Source of the DNA: a virus
Reading direction: 5' to 3' (one strand)
DNA: 64,000 nucleotides
IMG/VR virus record: IMGVR_UViG_3300047546_002006
Span: 1-64,000 of that record
Within the stretch, counting starts at the first letter, position 1; each line of letters opens with the position of its first letter. The notes beneath the pieces are model-generated. The model was not told the origin of the DNA, searched no databases, and worked only from the letters and a program-made list of their open reading frames with translations. Positions 25,003 to 35,117 of this stretch are shown one piece after another. The position numbers were made by a program, and so were the translations under genes.

Positions 25003-25317
25003 ATGGATCCCAACGCACAACCACCTGCAGCTTCCGACGCCCGTCTTGCGGGTGGTTTGATGTCTGTGGTACAACAACTCCAAAAGAATCGTTTTGGTGG
25101 ATTACGTGAACTGCAAGGTTCTCCTATCGGAGCCGAAGCAAAAGGATCTGCTGTTTTGAATGCTTTAAGTAAAAACAAACAACAAAATGAGCAAGAACAA
25201 AATGCCGCCCCAGCTCCTGGAGCACTTCAAGAAGAAAGAAGCCAAGAACAAGGACGGCAGCGAAATGTCGGACAACGAGAAGCGCAAGGCCGCTTTGGAC
25301 AAGGCCCGCAAGTATAA
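25003..25317 (+). CDS. hypothetical protein
   Basis: ORF; C-terminus overlaps next gene. Confidence 0.55.
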   Translation: MDPNAQPPAASDARLAGGLMSVVQQLQKNRFGGLRELQGSPIGAEAKGSAVLNALSKNKQQNEQEQNAAPAPGALQEERSQEQGRQRNVGQREAQGRFGQGPQV

Positions 25318-25348
25318 AAATCAAAAAGACAAAGATTCTGATAAATGA
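25187..25348 (+). CDS. small Lys-rich protein (not in ORF track)
   Basis: MSKNKMPPQLLEHFKKKEAK. Confidence 0.6.
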   Translation: MSKNKMPPQLLEHFKKKEAKNKDGSEMSDNEKRKAALDKARKYKNQKDKDSDK

Positions 25349-25382
25349 GTTAGTATTCAGTAACTGACTGAATGCTTAAGCT

Positions 25383-26909
25383 GTGCCAGCATATCAACAT
25401 CTTGCTTATCGACGCAATGCACGCGCGGCTGCGCAACAGCAACAAATTAGACCACCTAAAAATGCCGAAGCTCTTCAGCGTGCACGCGAGGACTTTGGCT
25501 TTTTTTGTGAGTATGTAGCCGATAAACCCCCAGCAGAGCATCATAAACATTGGCACAGGCAATTCGTAACAGAAGAAAACAGTAGTTGCCTGATTAAAAT
25601 TGCTGGACCAAATATTGATTTACTTGCGCCTCGTGGCTCTGCAAAATCCACTGTTCTTGGCCTTCTAACGGCATGGGCAATTGGTATTCACACACATGCC
25701 AAAATGCCTCTGCAGATTCTCTATTTGTCATACACGGTTGATATTGCACGCTCCAAATCTGCAACTATTAAGCGGATCATTGAAAGCAAGCGATATCAAG
25801 AAGTATTTCCCAAGGTTCGTTTACTGAAGAGTGCAACCAGTAATGAGTACTGGTCTATTGACCACAAATTTGCTGGCATTGCTACAACAGGTGATGAACA
25901 ATTTACTCTCTGCGCTGCAGGTCTAAAAGGTTCCGTGACATCAAAACGATCACACCTTGTGATGATTGATGACGCCATTAAATCTGCTGCTGATATTGCA
26001 AATCCAGATATCCGCAAGCAGATGCAGGAGAACTGGAATGCGGTGATTGCGCCAACCATGTTTGAGGGTGCCAGGGCCATCTGTCTTGGCACTCGATTCC
26101 GACATGATGACATTCATTCAACTACATTCAATGAACAAAACAACTGGCGTCAAATTGTCTTATCTGCAATCTTGAATGATCCCAAGACAGGTGAGGAATT
26201 ATCGTATTGGCCAGAGATGTGGTCACTGGATTACTTAAAAGAAAAGAAAAGGCAGGCGCCAATTGCTTTTTCTTTCCAGTACATGAATCAAGTCATCAGG
26301 CAAAATGAGTTATCACTTGCACCTGAACTGATTGTTAAAGCAGAAATTTCAACAGAGTTTGATACCTTAGGAGTTGGCATTGATTTGTCTGCTGGCACTA
26401 AAGAGAAGAATGACTATACCGTCATGGTACTTGGTGGCCGTATTGGCGATCAGATTCACATTATTGATTATCGCCGTATTCGTGTAATGGGCAATCTTGA
26501 GAAATTAGATGCGCTCAAAGAACTACTTAATGATTGGTCAATCCTCGGCAAAGATGAAAACGGTAATTACTTCCCAACCCACTCAACGTGTGACATCTGG
26601 TCAGAAGCTGTACAGTACCAGGCATCCCTGGAAGCAGACTTCAAACGTATCTGCTTAAACAATGAGGGCCTCTGGAACTTGTTGTGGCATCCCGTCAAAG
26701 GCTTCCGTTCCGATAAGCTGGCGCGATTCCGTGGGTGCATGGGTCTATTTGAGGAACGCAAGATTATCTTTAATCGCTACCGTAATTTCACTGCCATGTT
26801 TGAAGAGTTAACCAACTTTGGTGTTAGTAGTCATGATGACTGTGTTGATGCTTTAGTTTGGTTGATTAACGGATTAATGCGTAAGGGTAATCTTCATCTT
26901 GATTACTGA
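25383..26909 (+). CDS. terL: terminase large subunit
   Basis: APRGSAKST Walker A, VMIDD Walker B, GTRF, GIDLS, HDDCVDAL nuclease. Confidence 0.95.
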   Translation: MPAYQHLAYRRNARAAAQQQQIRPPKNAEALQRAREDFGFFCEYVADKPPAEHHKHWHRQFVTEENSSCLIKIAGPNIDLLAPRGSAKSTVLGLLTAWAIGIHTHAKMPLQILYLSYTVDIARSKSATIKRIIESKRYQEVFPKVRLLKSATSNEYWSIDHKFAGIATTGDEQFTLCAAGLKGSVTSKRSHLVMIDDAIKSAADIANPDIRKQMQENWNAVIAPTMFEGARAICLGTRFRHDDIHSTTFNEQNNWRQIVLSAILNDPKTGEELSYWPEMWSLDYLKEKKRQAPIAFSFQYMNQVIRQNELSLAPELIVKAEISTEFDTLGVGIDLSAGTKEKNDYTVMVLGGRIGDQIHIIDYRRIRVMGNLEKLDALKELLNDWSILGKDENGNYFPTHSTCDIWSEAVQYQASLEADFKRICLNNEGLWNLLWHPVKGFRSDKLARFRGCMGLFEERKIIFNRYRNFTAMFEELTNFGVSSHDDCVDALVWLINGLMRKGNLHLDY

Positions 26910-26938
26910 ATCTAGAATTAGAAAAAAGCTTTATTCCA

Positions 26939-27232
26939 GTGGGACCAGAATATTTAGCTGTTGGCCTTACGGCTATCATTTCTGCTGTTACAGGCGGTAG
27001 TTGGGCTATGAATAAACTACTGGGCAGGCAGCAGGAAAAGCTGGATCAGGCCTATAGTTACATCAGTTCTCAGAAACGGCGTGTTGATATGCTTGAAGAT
27101 CAGATCAACCGCATGCCTATTGAATATGTACTGAAGGTTGATTTCTTAAGAGAAATTCAAGAAATGCAGGATAATTTCCGTGAGATCAACAATAAACTTG
27201 ATAAACTGATTGAAAAGTTACTTAGCAAATGA
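26939..27232 (+). CDS. TM plus coiled-coil protein (possible holin-related)
   Basis: N-terminal TM; PIEYVLKVDF..KLDKLIE. Confidence 0.55.
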   Translation: MGPEYLAVGLTAIISAVTGGSWAMNKLLGRQQEKLDQAYSYISSQKRRVDMLEDQINRMPIEYVLKVDFLREIQEMQDNFREINNKLDKLIEKLLSK

Positions 27233-27414
27233 CTAGCTACATTCTTGAGGTTCAAGAAGACGAAAACGGAGATTGTTACATCACCCTTCCAGATGAAGTG
27301 ATTGAAGATCTCGGCTGGCAAGAAGGCGATGTTCTCGATTGGGATGTCAAAGGAAATGGTATTGTTTTATCCAAGGTGAATGACGCATCCGGATATGAAG
27401 TTTTAGAAGATTAG
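27229..27414 (+). CDS. AbrB/MazE-like DNA-binding protein
   Basis: ITLPDEVIEDLGWQEGDVLDW. Confidence 0.8.
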   Translation: MTSYILEVQEDENGDCYITLPDEVIEDLGWQEGDVLDWDVKGNGIVLSKVNDASGYEVLED

Positions 27415-27434
27415 AATAAAGAAAAAATAAGATC

Positions 27435-27761
27435 ATGTTTTATAGCGGCGAATCAAACGTTCCAGGAGCACCAGGTAATTTACTTGCTGGTGGCCCTAGT
27501 TTTGACATTAATCGTACCCCCGGCTCACTTGGTGGGCGTTCTGGCGAACAGTTGAAGCGCTTGTATGAAGGCGGGACGCAGCAAAACCAGCAGTTGAATG
27601 AGGAACTCCGTCGTCGGGGTATCATGCCAGGTTCTGGTCCACAACTTCCGCTTGCATACAACCCCATGTTTGGCCCTGTTCCTATGGGTAATGCCGGCTT
27701 CTTTGCTGGACCGCAGATGGGACAAATGCCAGCCGGATTCCAAAATAAATTTGTTTCTTGA
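27435..27761 (+). CDS. Gly/Pro-rich hypothetical protein
   Basis: ORF with TAGAAT promoter. Confidence 0.65.
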   Translation: MFYSGESNVPGAPGNLLAGGPSFDINRTPGSLGGRSGEQLKRLYEGGTQQNQQLNEELRRRGIMPGSGPQLPLAYNPMFGPVPMGNAGFFAGPQMGQMPAGFQNKFVS

Positions 27762-27916
27762 TGAAAAAGAAAAAACTGGTAAAACTTGCCCTTAAAAATC
27801 CAGGGTTATATACACCGGCTGAACTTGCTTATTTTCAATGCTGGTTGCGCTTACGAAAAGAGCGCAAGAAAGCTGCTAAGATGAATTTAAACAATAAGGA
27901 AGATATTAATGGCTGA
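27761..27916 (+). CDS. small basic protein (not in ORF track)
   Basis: MKKKKLVKLALKNPGLYTPAELAYF; overlaps both neighbours. Confidence 0.6.
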   Translation: MKKKKLVKLALKNPGLYTPAELAYFQCWLRLRKERKKAAKMNLNNKEDING

Positions 27917-30206
27917 CGCCAAGGCACGGCTTCAAGAAATCATCAATTCCTATCTTGAAAAAGATAGTGACATTGTTGTTGACACCGGCGTTGTTGCGTC
28001 TCATGTTGCACAGATGAAATTATTTGGCATCCGCCAGGGTGTTGAATTTTTTCCCTCGCAAGATAACTTTGGCGGGCAGCGCAAAGATTTTATCGATCGC
28101 GTCCTCAAATACAACAAGATGGATACCCGCTTGGATTCCATCTGGGAATATTTTTTGTGCGATGGAAAAGGCCTGTTTTATATCCGCCCAACAGAGCAGA
28201 GTTATCGTCTGTATTATTTTCGTGAGCATGAATATCGATCTTATTACAATGTGGATGGCGAGCTGGATGAAGTTGTAATTATCTACAGCTACAAGGTGCG
28301 TCGGGGCAACGGCTTTGGTACCGATATTGCAACCAGCAATATTTCTGGTGGCAAATCAACCTGGAGCCCAGGAGCTAAAAGGTATATTCGTTTATCAATT
28401 AAACAACGCGAAATTGAAGAAACGCACTCAGACTCAGAGTTGTCGTTTGAAATGCCAACGTATGCCTTGACGGGCACTACCAAAAATTTCAAGAACACCC
28501 TTGGGTTTATTCCTTGTGTTGAGATCTTTAATAATCCCAAAGGTTTCTCCACTGAAGGCGTCGGTGAGTTTGATGCCATGGCAAATCATATTTGTACTCA
28601 CGACGAATTGATGCGAACGATACGCAAAAACATTACATTCTTTGGTAACCCAACATTACTGTCTTCCAGGCCCAAGACAGATCTCATGGAAGCAGGAGAT
28701 ACTGCAGTTGTACAGCGGCCATCGATTGCGGCAAACTCTGGCTTCACCAGTGCCGCACCTTTAAGTCGTTCTATGTTTAAGGCTGATCCAGTCAGCCGTG
28801 GCATGGATGGTGCAATTCGTGTGCCGCGTATCATTGCAAACCTGGAGCCAAACGATCGAGTTGGTTACATTGTTCCAGATGCAATTACTGGTGACCAGAA
28901 TGCATTTGCTCGTCAATATCGAGAAGAAATTCGCACGGCATTAGGCGGCGTGGATGAGCTGTCTATTTCTGCTGGTGTTACTGCAACTGAATACAAATCA
29001 TTATTTGGTCGTGTTGCCGCAACATCCAAAAAGAAAGCAAATGCAATCTATACACATGGCATTTGTCGTTGCCTTGAGTTAATTATTTATCAAGAAGAGC
29101 AGTTATTCAAGACAACACTTGCGGCGGCAGCAGGTATTGAAAAACCGGTTGATCTTGGACCTAATGCAACACCAGAAGAAGAGCAGGCATATAAAGAAGC
29201 AATGAAACAACATAATGACATCCTGAAAAGGATTATGCTTGCTCTTGTGGAGACCCAGGTGATTCCACCTGGAGTTATGGGTCTTATTCCGGATGGTGAC
29301 GTTACTGTCCTTTGGCGTTGGCTTGGTCCTGTTTATGAGGAATCTACACAGGACATCCTGAACAACTCCATTGTGGTGCGAAACCTTCAGGAATTAGGTG
29401 TTGATAGCATTGAAGCACTGAAATACCTCTTCCCGTCTAAGACGGATGAGGAACGGGCCGAGATGTTATCTGGGTTCCCGTTCAGGATGGTTAATGAGTT
29501 GCAGGGTGCATACGCTGCATTCTCAAAGCTAGTGGGGGGAATGATGCAGACTCCTCACCCGCAAGCACCGGATCTTCCGATGGCTGCGGATCCAAGATTG
29601 GATTTAACACCATATCTGTATCGAACATTAGAAGCTCTACAAAAGGAGATGAGTTATGCAGGACGCTACCGTCCAATCGATCCCACAGACGAGCCAAACT
29701 CCGGCAGCGGTGGCTCCAAGCAGCTACGTGGTCCCAACACCCAGCTACCAGGCAGCTCCAGCTCAGACAGCACCGGTGGCTTATCAGGTGGGTACCAGTT
29801 ACCCACAGGCGGTACCTCAGGCGGTCCCCAGCTACCAATCCGCCCCTACTCAGTACGCCCCCCAATCCCAACCGGAGGCTCCGAGCAGCAACCCATGGGA
29901 ATCGGCGTTCAACAAGGTGGTGAACCTTCTGAGCGCACCAGTTCAATCCCCGTTCCAGAATCAATCGTCAACACCGACGATTCAGTACAGTCCGGCCAAC
30001 TACGGCCAGCAGTACAGCAGCCCAGCTACGCAACAATCGGCTCCGCAGACCTGGTCTCCCAGCCAGACATCCTCGCCCAACTCTTCCCCAACTTCCTCCA
30101 ATCAGTACTTGGAGCAGGCGGCGCAAGCAGTAGTGCAAAACCTGAGCCCGGAAAGCCAGTACGTAATCAGCGCGTACGGTCTCGAGGCGCCCGCAATCCT
30201 AAATAA
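27909..30206 (+). CDS. portal protein
   Basis: size and position; NTLGFIPCVEIFNNP..GVGEF; low-complexity C-tail. Confidence 0.75.
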   Translation: MADAKARLQEIINSYLEKDSDIVVDTGVVASHVAQMKLFGIRQGVEFFPSQDNFGGQRKDFIDRVLKYNKMDTRLDSIWEYFLCDGKGLFYIRPTEQSYRLYYFREHEYRSYYNVDGELDEVVIIYSYKVRRGNGFGTDIATSNISGGKSTWSPGAKRYIRLSIKQREIEETHSDSELSFEMPTYALTGTTKNFKNTLGFIPCVEIFNNPKGFSTEGVGEFDAMANHICTHDELMRTIRKNITFFGNPTLLSSRPKTDLMEAGDTAVVQRPSIAANSGFTSAAPLSRSMFKADPVSRGMDGAIRVPRIIANLEPNDRVGYIVPDAITGDQNAFARQYREEIRTALGGVDELSISAGVTATEYKSLFGRVAATSKKKANAIYTHGICRCLELIIYQEEQLFKTTLAAAAGIEKPVDLGPNATPEEEQAYKEAMKQHNDILKRIMLALVETQVIPPGVMGLIPDGDVTVLWRWLGPVYEESTQDILNNSIVVRNLQELGVDSIEALKYLFPSKTDEERAEMLSGFPFRMVNELQGAYAAFSKLVGGMMQTPHPQAPDLPMAADPRLDLTPYLYRTLEALQKEMSYAGRYRPIDPTDEPNSGSGGSKQLRGPNTQLPGSSSSDSTGGLSGGYQLPTGGTSGGPQLPIRPYSVRPPIPTGGSEQQPMGIGVQQGGEPSERTSSIPVPESIVNTDDSVQSGQLRPAVQQPSYATIGSADLVSQPDILAQLFPNFLQSVLGAGGASSSAKPEPGKPVRNQRVRSRGARNPK

Positions 30207-30630
30207 CTATGCCCTCCAGCTGGAAGGCATGCTGGATAGTGCAGTTGCTTGGGGCGGTCAAGCCAAAGAATTGATCGAGGGCTACGCCAATTTTGCTGTC
30301 AATGAGCATCAAGAGAATCTTGCTTATAACGAGATCCTCACCAATCCCGATGTGCTGAGTGACTACACCCTGAAGTTCTTTGGTCCAGAAGGTCCGTACC
30401 CTGTGTATGAGAACGAAGGCGAACTGGAGACCCAAGGTTATCCGACTCAAGCGGTGAATCCTGCATTTAATCAGTTCCCGGCACCTCCTGCCGCAGCTGC
30501 TCCTCAGCAGCCAGAGAATTTCTGGGGCACCTTTAAGCAACAAATGGATATGGACCCCAGCCAAGCCTGGCGCATCCTGAACCAAGCTCAGCCTCAAGTT
30601 GTTGCAAACAAACTGTTTGTGATGGAGTGA
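29656..30630 (+). CDS. capsid scaffolding/assembly protein
   Basis: AGGAG SD, Pro/Gln-rich N-terminus, between portal and capsid. Confidence 0.65.
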   Translation: MQDATVQSIPQTSQTPAAVAPSSYVVPTPSYQAAPAQTAPVAYQVGTSYPQAVPQAVPSYQSAPTQYAPQSQPEAPSSNPWESAFNKVVNLLSAPVQSPFQNQSSTPTIQYSPANYGQQYSSPATQQSAPQTWSPSQTSSPNSSPTSSNQYLEQAAQAVVQNLSPESQYVISAYGLEAPAILNNYALQLEGMLDSAVAWGGQAKELIEGYANFAVNEHQENLAYNEILTNPDVLSDYTLKFFGPEGPYPVYENEGELETQGYPTQAVNPAFNQFPAPPAAAAPQQPENFWGTFKQQMDMDPSQAWRILNQAQPQVVANKLFVME

Positions 30631-30634
30631 TGCC

Positions 30635-31210
30635 ATGCGTGGCGCTCTTAAATATGGCGTACCTATTGCCGCTGGCTTAGCCACGGGTGGGTACGCCCTT
30701 TCTCAAGGTGAAGATCCTGGTTCTGCAATTCTTGCTGGTGCTGCAGGTGGCCTAGGTGGTGCCGCAGGTTTACTTGGCGCAGGTAAACTCGCAGGTAAAT
30801 ATGGCCAAGTTGTTCCAGGGCTAATCGAAAAAGGTTTGGACAAGTCTGTAGGTAAGTCCGGTCTTTCTACGCGTCAACGGATTAATCAAGCAATTGTTAA
30901 TAGTCCTGAATACATGCGTCGCGGTCAATCTGCGACTCTTTATTCTCCTGCCACTGCTGGCAACATTGCAAGAACAGGTTTACTTGCAGCACCAGCAAAT
31001 ATTGCTGCAGCAGCAAAACCTGCCTTTGCAGCGGCTGCAGTACCAGCGTCCGCCGTTGCCGCTGGCCTTGGTGGCGTAGCCCTTGGCGCTATTCCTGGTG
31101 CTATGGGTATCCCAGGATTCCAGCAGAATGTTGCCCTTGATCCTGAATCTTACGGTTCTAGTAATTCTGAAGGTGCTCGCTATAAAGCACCTACCATGCA
31201 GTATGTGTAA
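30635..31210 (+). CDS. Gly/Ala-rich membrane-like virion protein
   Basis: two hydrophobic glycine-zipper regions. Confidence 0.6.
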   Translation: MRGALKYGVPIAAGLATGGYALSQGEDPGSAILAGAAGGLGGAAGLLGAGKLAGKYGQVVPGLIEKGLDKSVGKSGLSTRQRINQAIVNSPEYMRRGQSATLYSPATAGNIARTGLLAAPANIAAAAKPAFAAAAVPASAVAAGLGGVALGAIPGAMGIPGFQQNVALDPESYGSSNSEGARYKAPTMQYV

Positions 31211-31314
31211 TAAATAAATTACCGACTGCTAAAATTTGTGTTAGATAAGACATAATAATGTCTGAATCTTTCACCCGATAAAAACACTTCCGCGACACTG
31301 GAGGATAAACCAAA

Positions 31315-32478
31315 GTGTTCATTGATAACGATTTTCCAAAAATCTTGGGCGCCGAACTCTATCGGCCCCATCCTGCTTATATTGCTGAAATGGCTGTCGA
31401 GCCAGTGGTCGTGCATGACTTCACTCGTCAGCCCGGTCAAACCGTTCAGTTAGACCGCTATAAGTTCTGGGGTACCCCTGGTACGAAGGACAGCCGTGAG
31501 CGTATTGCTGATCAAACGATCGGTACCGCTAACAGCCGTAACATCACCAAGGAGAAAGTCCTGGTGGTGCTCAAGGAGTACACTGGTCCTGCCGACCCGG
31601 GTGATCCGACCCAGCCCAGCACTTTCAAGATTGCCCGCGAGACCCTGATCACAGCTCAGCGCCTGCTGCTGGATTCGGGCAACCTGAATATGTTCCACCA
31701 GTCCATCGGCAGCCTGACACTGCTGGATGACTACCGCCGGTGGCGCGACCGCGTGTTCATCGACGAACTCGCCAAAGCTGAAGCTAACGGTGCTGCTTCT
31801 ACCAGCCAAGGTGGTTACTTCTTCCCTGGCGGCAAGATCAAAGATTCCTCTGGTCGTATTTCGTACACTGGTACTGAGTACACGGCCGACCTCCAGCAGT
31901 TCTCGGTGCGTACCGACCTGCTGAATGTTGTCAAGGATCTGCGTAAGCGCAACACTCCGACATTTGCTGATGGTCTGTATCGCTGCATCTGCGATCCTAC
32001 CTTCATGATGCATCTGCGTCGTGATCCAGACTTCCGTGAGATCGCTCGTTACGCTGGTAATCCTGGCCAAGGCATGTACATGGGCAACCCCATGATGCCT
32101 AACAACGCCAGCTTCTACATGGGTCCTCAAGCTGGTCAAGGTTATTTCCTGGCCGGTGAACCTGTTATGCCGACCGGTGTGCAGTTTGAAGGCGTTAAGT
32201 TCTTCGAGTCGACCAACTTCCCCACCAAAAACGTTAATACTTCGTTCGATGGTGGTTCGACCTATGCTTCCAAGGAAGTTGCTCAGGGCTTCTTCTTCGG
32301 TCCTCAGTCGGTTGGCGTTGGTATCGGCGGCCCGAACGCCCAGGTGCTCATCAACAACAACGATGACTTCAGCCGCTTCATCATTCTGATTTGGCAACTG
32401 TATGCTGGTTTCGAGATTCTGAACAAAGACTTTGTTACCACTGCTTACAGCTACGTTCAAGATGACGGTACCGTCTGA
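31315..32478 (+). CDS. major capsid protein
   Basis: 387 aa, strong codon bias, GGAGG SD, PGQTVQLDRY, DDFSR..WQLYAGFEILN. Confidence 0.88.
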   Translation: MFIDNDFPKILGAELYRPHPAYIAEMAVEPVVVHDFTRQPGQTVQLDRYKFWGTPGTKDSRERIADQTIGTANSRNITKEKVLVVLKEYTGPADPGDPTQPSTFKIARETLITAQRLLLDSGNLNMFHQSIGSLTLLDDYRRWRDRVFIDELAKAEANGAASTSQGGYFFPGGKIKDSSGRISYTGTEYTADLQQFSVRTDLLNVVKDLRKRNTPTFADGLYRCICDPTFMMHLRRDPDFREIARYAGNPGQGMYMGNPMMPNNASFYMGPQAGQGYFLAGEPVMPTGVQFEGVKFFESTNFPTKNVNTSFDGGSTYASKEVAQGFFFGPQSVGVGIGGPNAQVLINNNDDFSRFIILIWQLYAGFEILNKDFVTTAYSYVQDDGTV

Positions 32479-32512
32479 TAATTAGTTAACAAACAAACAT
32501 AGGAAAAGATAA

Positions 32513-33316
32513 ATGACCTATTTGTCCGCTAAAAAAATCTACCCAGGTAACTGGGCTGAGCCTCTGAACGGCTGGTATAAGAACATTGATACCGACGACA
32601 GCGGCGCTATTGATGGCTCTAAAGGTGGCCCTACTTCGGTGCTGGCTATCCCTGGCTATCGCTACTTCCAGCAGCGTGGTTATGTCCCCGTGACAACCAC
32701 CTCTGGTGCTGGTGCAGTCGCTTCTGCTGATGTGATTGTTCCTTCGCCTTATCGTCAGGATGACACACGTCCTGATATCACGGGCATGGTGATCTCTGGC
32801 AGCAGCACTCTGCCTGCTTATGTGTATCGTGCCACCATCTCCGTTGCTTCTGGCTGGGGTGATGGCCGCGTTGCTTCTGGTGTTTATGCCGCTACCGGTA
32901 ACGTTCTTTCGTTTGGCCGTAGTAACGCCGGCAGCCCTACCGCTGCTTCCGGTATTGGCGAAGCTGTGATTCAGGCCAACCTGACATCTACCACCTCTGG
33001 TACCCAGGCTGGCGAGATCCTGTTTGCTGCTGGTTCCGCTGGTTATAGTGCCAACCCCTTCCTGATTGCCAGCGGTGCTGCTGGCGTGACCGCCGGTAAC
33101 GTGTACTACGCTGCTACCGCGTCTACTACTCTGAAGGTGTTCGCCAAAGAGACTGCTAACTCCACCACAACTTCTGGTGGTTTCTACATCTCCAGCGGTG
33201 ATGCAAGTGCCGGCCGTACTGGCTACCTCGTGGTTGAGTGCTGCTACATTCAGCCTGATGTTGCACCTGGCTACGAAGACATTGATGGCTACCTCCTGGG
33301 CCGCACTGTCAGCTGA
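32513..33316 (+). CDS. capsid decoration/minor structural protein
   Basis: follows MCP with same codon bias; Ser/Gly/Ala beta-rich. Confidence 0.6.
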   Translation: MTYLSAKKIYPGNWAEPLNGWYKNIDTDDSGAIDGSKGGPTSVLAIPGYRYFQQRGYVPVTTTSGAGAVASADVIVPSPYRQDDTRPDITGMVISGSSTLPAYVYRATISVASGWGDGRVASGVYAATGNVLSFGRSNAGSPTAASGIGEAVIQANLTSTTSGTQAGEILFAAGSAGYSANPFLIASGAAGVTAGNVYYAATASTTLKVFAKETANSTTTSGGFYISSGDASAGRTGYLVVECCYIQPDVAPGYEDIDGYLLGRTVS

Positions 33317-33351
33317 GTGAGTTAAACTAGGACCAGACAATAACTGGTCCT

Positions 33352-33783
33352 ATGACAACTCTTTCGGCAGAAATGCTTTATCAGCATAAAAAAACAGGTG
33401 CACGTGTCAAGGTTGTAAGTGAATGGGATAACGGCGATTGGTACATGGTCGAAGATCAGGACGGTCGCCTTTTCACTGCTTACAAAACTGAGCTTGCACC
33501 TGATGAAGATGCAACCAAAAAGGTTAAAACTCTTCAGGTGAAAGATAAAGCAGCGAAAGAAGAGCCACGCACTTTCCCGCCCGATCACCGTTTGAATATC
33601 AATTCAGCTACCGCCCAGATGATCGCTGATCACATTAAGGGTATTGGATTGAAAACGGCACGAGAGATTAAAGATCTTCAGATGTCCTTATCGGGTGAAA
33701 GGTTTAATAATCTTGAGCAACTCAAGCAAATCAAGCGGGTTGATTGGGACGCTGTACTGGCTGCAGACCTCATCCGTGTATAA
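33352..33783 (+). CDS. helix-hairpin-helix (ComEA-like) protein
   Basis: LNINSATAQMIADHIKGIGLKTAREI..FNNLEQLKQIK. Confidence 0.8.
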   Translation: MTTLSAEMLYQHKKTGARVKVVSEWDNGDWYMVEDQDGRLFTAYKTELAPDEDATKKVKTLQVKDKAAKEEPRTFPPDHRLNINSATAQMIADHIKGIGLKTAREIKDLQMSLSGERFNNLEQLKQIKRVDWDAVLAADLIRV

Positions 33784-33808
33784 TTACTTTTATAGGAAAA
33801 AGGCACAG

Positions 33809-33832
33809 CCCCTGGGAAACCAGGGGTTTTTT
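33809..33832 (+). terminator. intrinsic terminator after capsid operon
   Basis: GCCCCTGG-GAAA-CCAGGGG followed by T run. Confidence 0.85.
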
Positions 33833-33860
33833 CGTTTTACAATGAAAAATAAAACATATA

Positions 33861-34616
33861 ATGTCTTACGTTCCAATTCGATCTGGATACACTGGACCCA
33901 GCGCGAAAATTGGTGGTTCAACCGATTATCACATCGATTTAAAATTACTTGAATCATTGCCGATTGGCGAGCGCGTAAAAGCATTAGATACACTTGCAAA
34001 GCAATACAGATCAATTGGACGTGAGATTGAATTCTCTAATCCTGCTGTATCCGGTAGGCGCTGGAATCCTGAGTCTGATTTAAGTGATCGAGTACAGTTA
34101 TTGAATCAAGCGGCTGCTGCTCATGGACATAGCCAGCATCCTGGTTGGCAATCGCTCGACTTTTATGTACCTTTTAAGGGCAAATCTCGTTTTGATCCTG
34201 GCGCAGTAGAAGATGCTTCTATTTTTATTCCAGGTGTAGCAGGAGGAAAAGTTAAACGTAGCTCTGGTGGTGGGTATGGCTACTTTTCTGAATCACTTAA
34301 TCCACAAGGGCAAGTAATCTTTAGAGTTGGACATGGCAACATTGATCGGCCTGAGCAGGAAGCAGAGCTTGCGATTCCCGGAGCACCTCAGTTACCTGGT
34401 CCTCAAGTTGTTCAAGGTCAAACACAACAACAACCTGAAGCACAGATAAGCGATAAAGAATTCCTCGAAAAATACATTAAAGAAAACCTTGAGAGTCAAT
34501 TAATGAGTGGGATGCTATCCGAAATGTTCCAACGCAAACGGAAAGATCCCTTTGCTGAGTTTCAGGAAATGATGCAGGCTTATGGTGTACCAGGTATTTC
34601 TAATCCCCTGCTTTAA
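33861..34616 (+). CDS. circularly permuted M23/LytM-like peptidase
   Basis: GYTG..STDYHID at N-terminus; H..SLDF, GGKV, GGYG, RVGHG later. Confidence 0.5.
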   Translation: MSYVPIRSGYTGPSAKIGGSTDYHIDLKLLESLPIGERVKALDTLAKQYRSIGREIEFSNPAVSGRRWNPESDLSDRVQLLNQAAAAHGHSQHPGWQSLDFYVPFKGKSRFDPGAVEDASIFIPGVAGGKVKRSSGGGYGYFSESLNPQGQVIFRVGHGNIDRPEQEAELAIPGAPQLPGPQVVQGQTQQQPEAQISDKEFLEKYIKENLESQLMSGMLSEMFQRKRKDPFAEFQEMMQAYGVPGISNPLL

Positions 34617-34655
34617 TTCAGTTCATCTATAATTAAAAACATACGGAAATAAACT

Positions 34656-35117
34656 GTGCAGCTGTCAGATTTTGACAAAAGTAGAGTCCGGTATCACCTG
34701 GGCTACTTCACGGTATCCGTGCCAGCGGGCGATTACGCGCGTTTAGAGGAAGCACTTAACACTGTTCCTGATTCGTATTTTTACGACAAAATTGTTATTC
34801 AATTAGGTCGTTGTGATACGGCAGAAAAGAAAACTGAGGTTGCTACTTCTCCTTCCACGCGTCTTGAAAGCATTGCTGGCGACGTTGATCGTACGATTCG
34901 CTCCAGTAATGCACGAGAAGCATTAAAGGTTTGGGACGAAATCTACCTGTACGAAACCAATCGTCTTGCTGGAATCCTTTACGTGCCTAACTACAAAGAT
35001 CCAATGCAAGCACGGTATCGTTACGAACGATCTGGTGCAGAGTTTATTCAGGCATTACCAGGACCTGCAGATACTGCAATTGGTTCACGCATCTATTTAC
35101 ATGAGGTTTGGCGCTAA
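34656..35117 (+). CDS. putative head-tail adaptor
   Basis: LSDFDKSRVRYHLGY, helical, position. Confidence 0.5.
   Translation: MQLSDFDKSRVRYHLGYFTVSVPAGDYARLEEALNTVPDSYFYDKIVIQLGRCDTAEKKTEVATSPSTRLESIAGDVDRTIRSSNAREALKVWDEIYLYETNRLAGILYVPNYKDPMQARYRYERSGAEFIQALPGPADTAIGSRIYLHEVWR

Noticed and set aside
31450-33340. Long antisense ORFs (336 and 284 aa) opposite the capsid genes
   Set aside because: Expected shadow of strong codon bias; no motifs or initiation signals
33352-33783. psbU auxiliary gene
   Set aside because: HhH fold shared, but no signal peptide; pattern fits ComEA-type HhH
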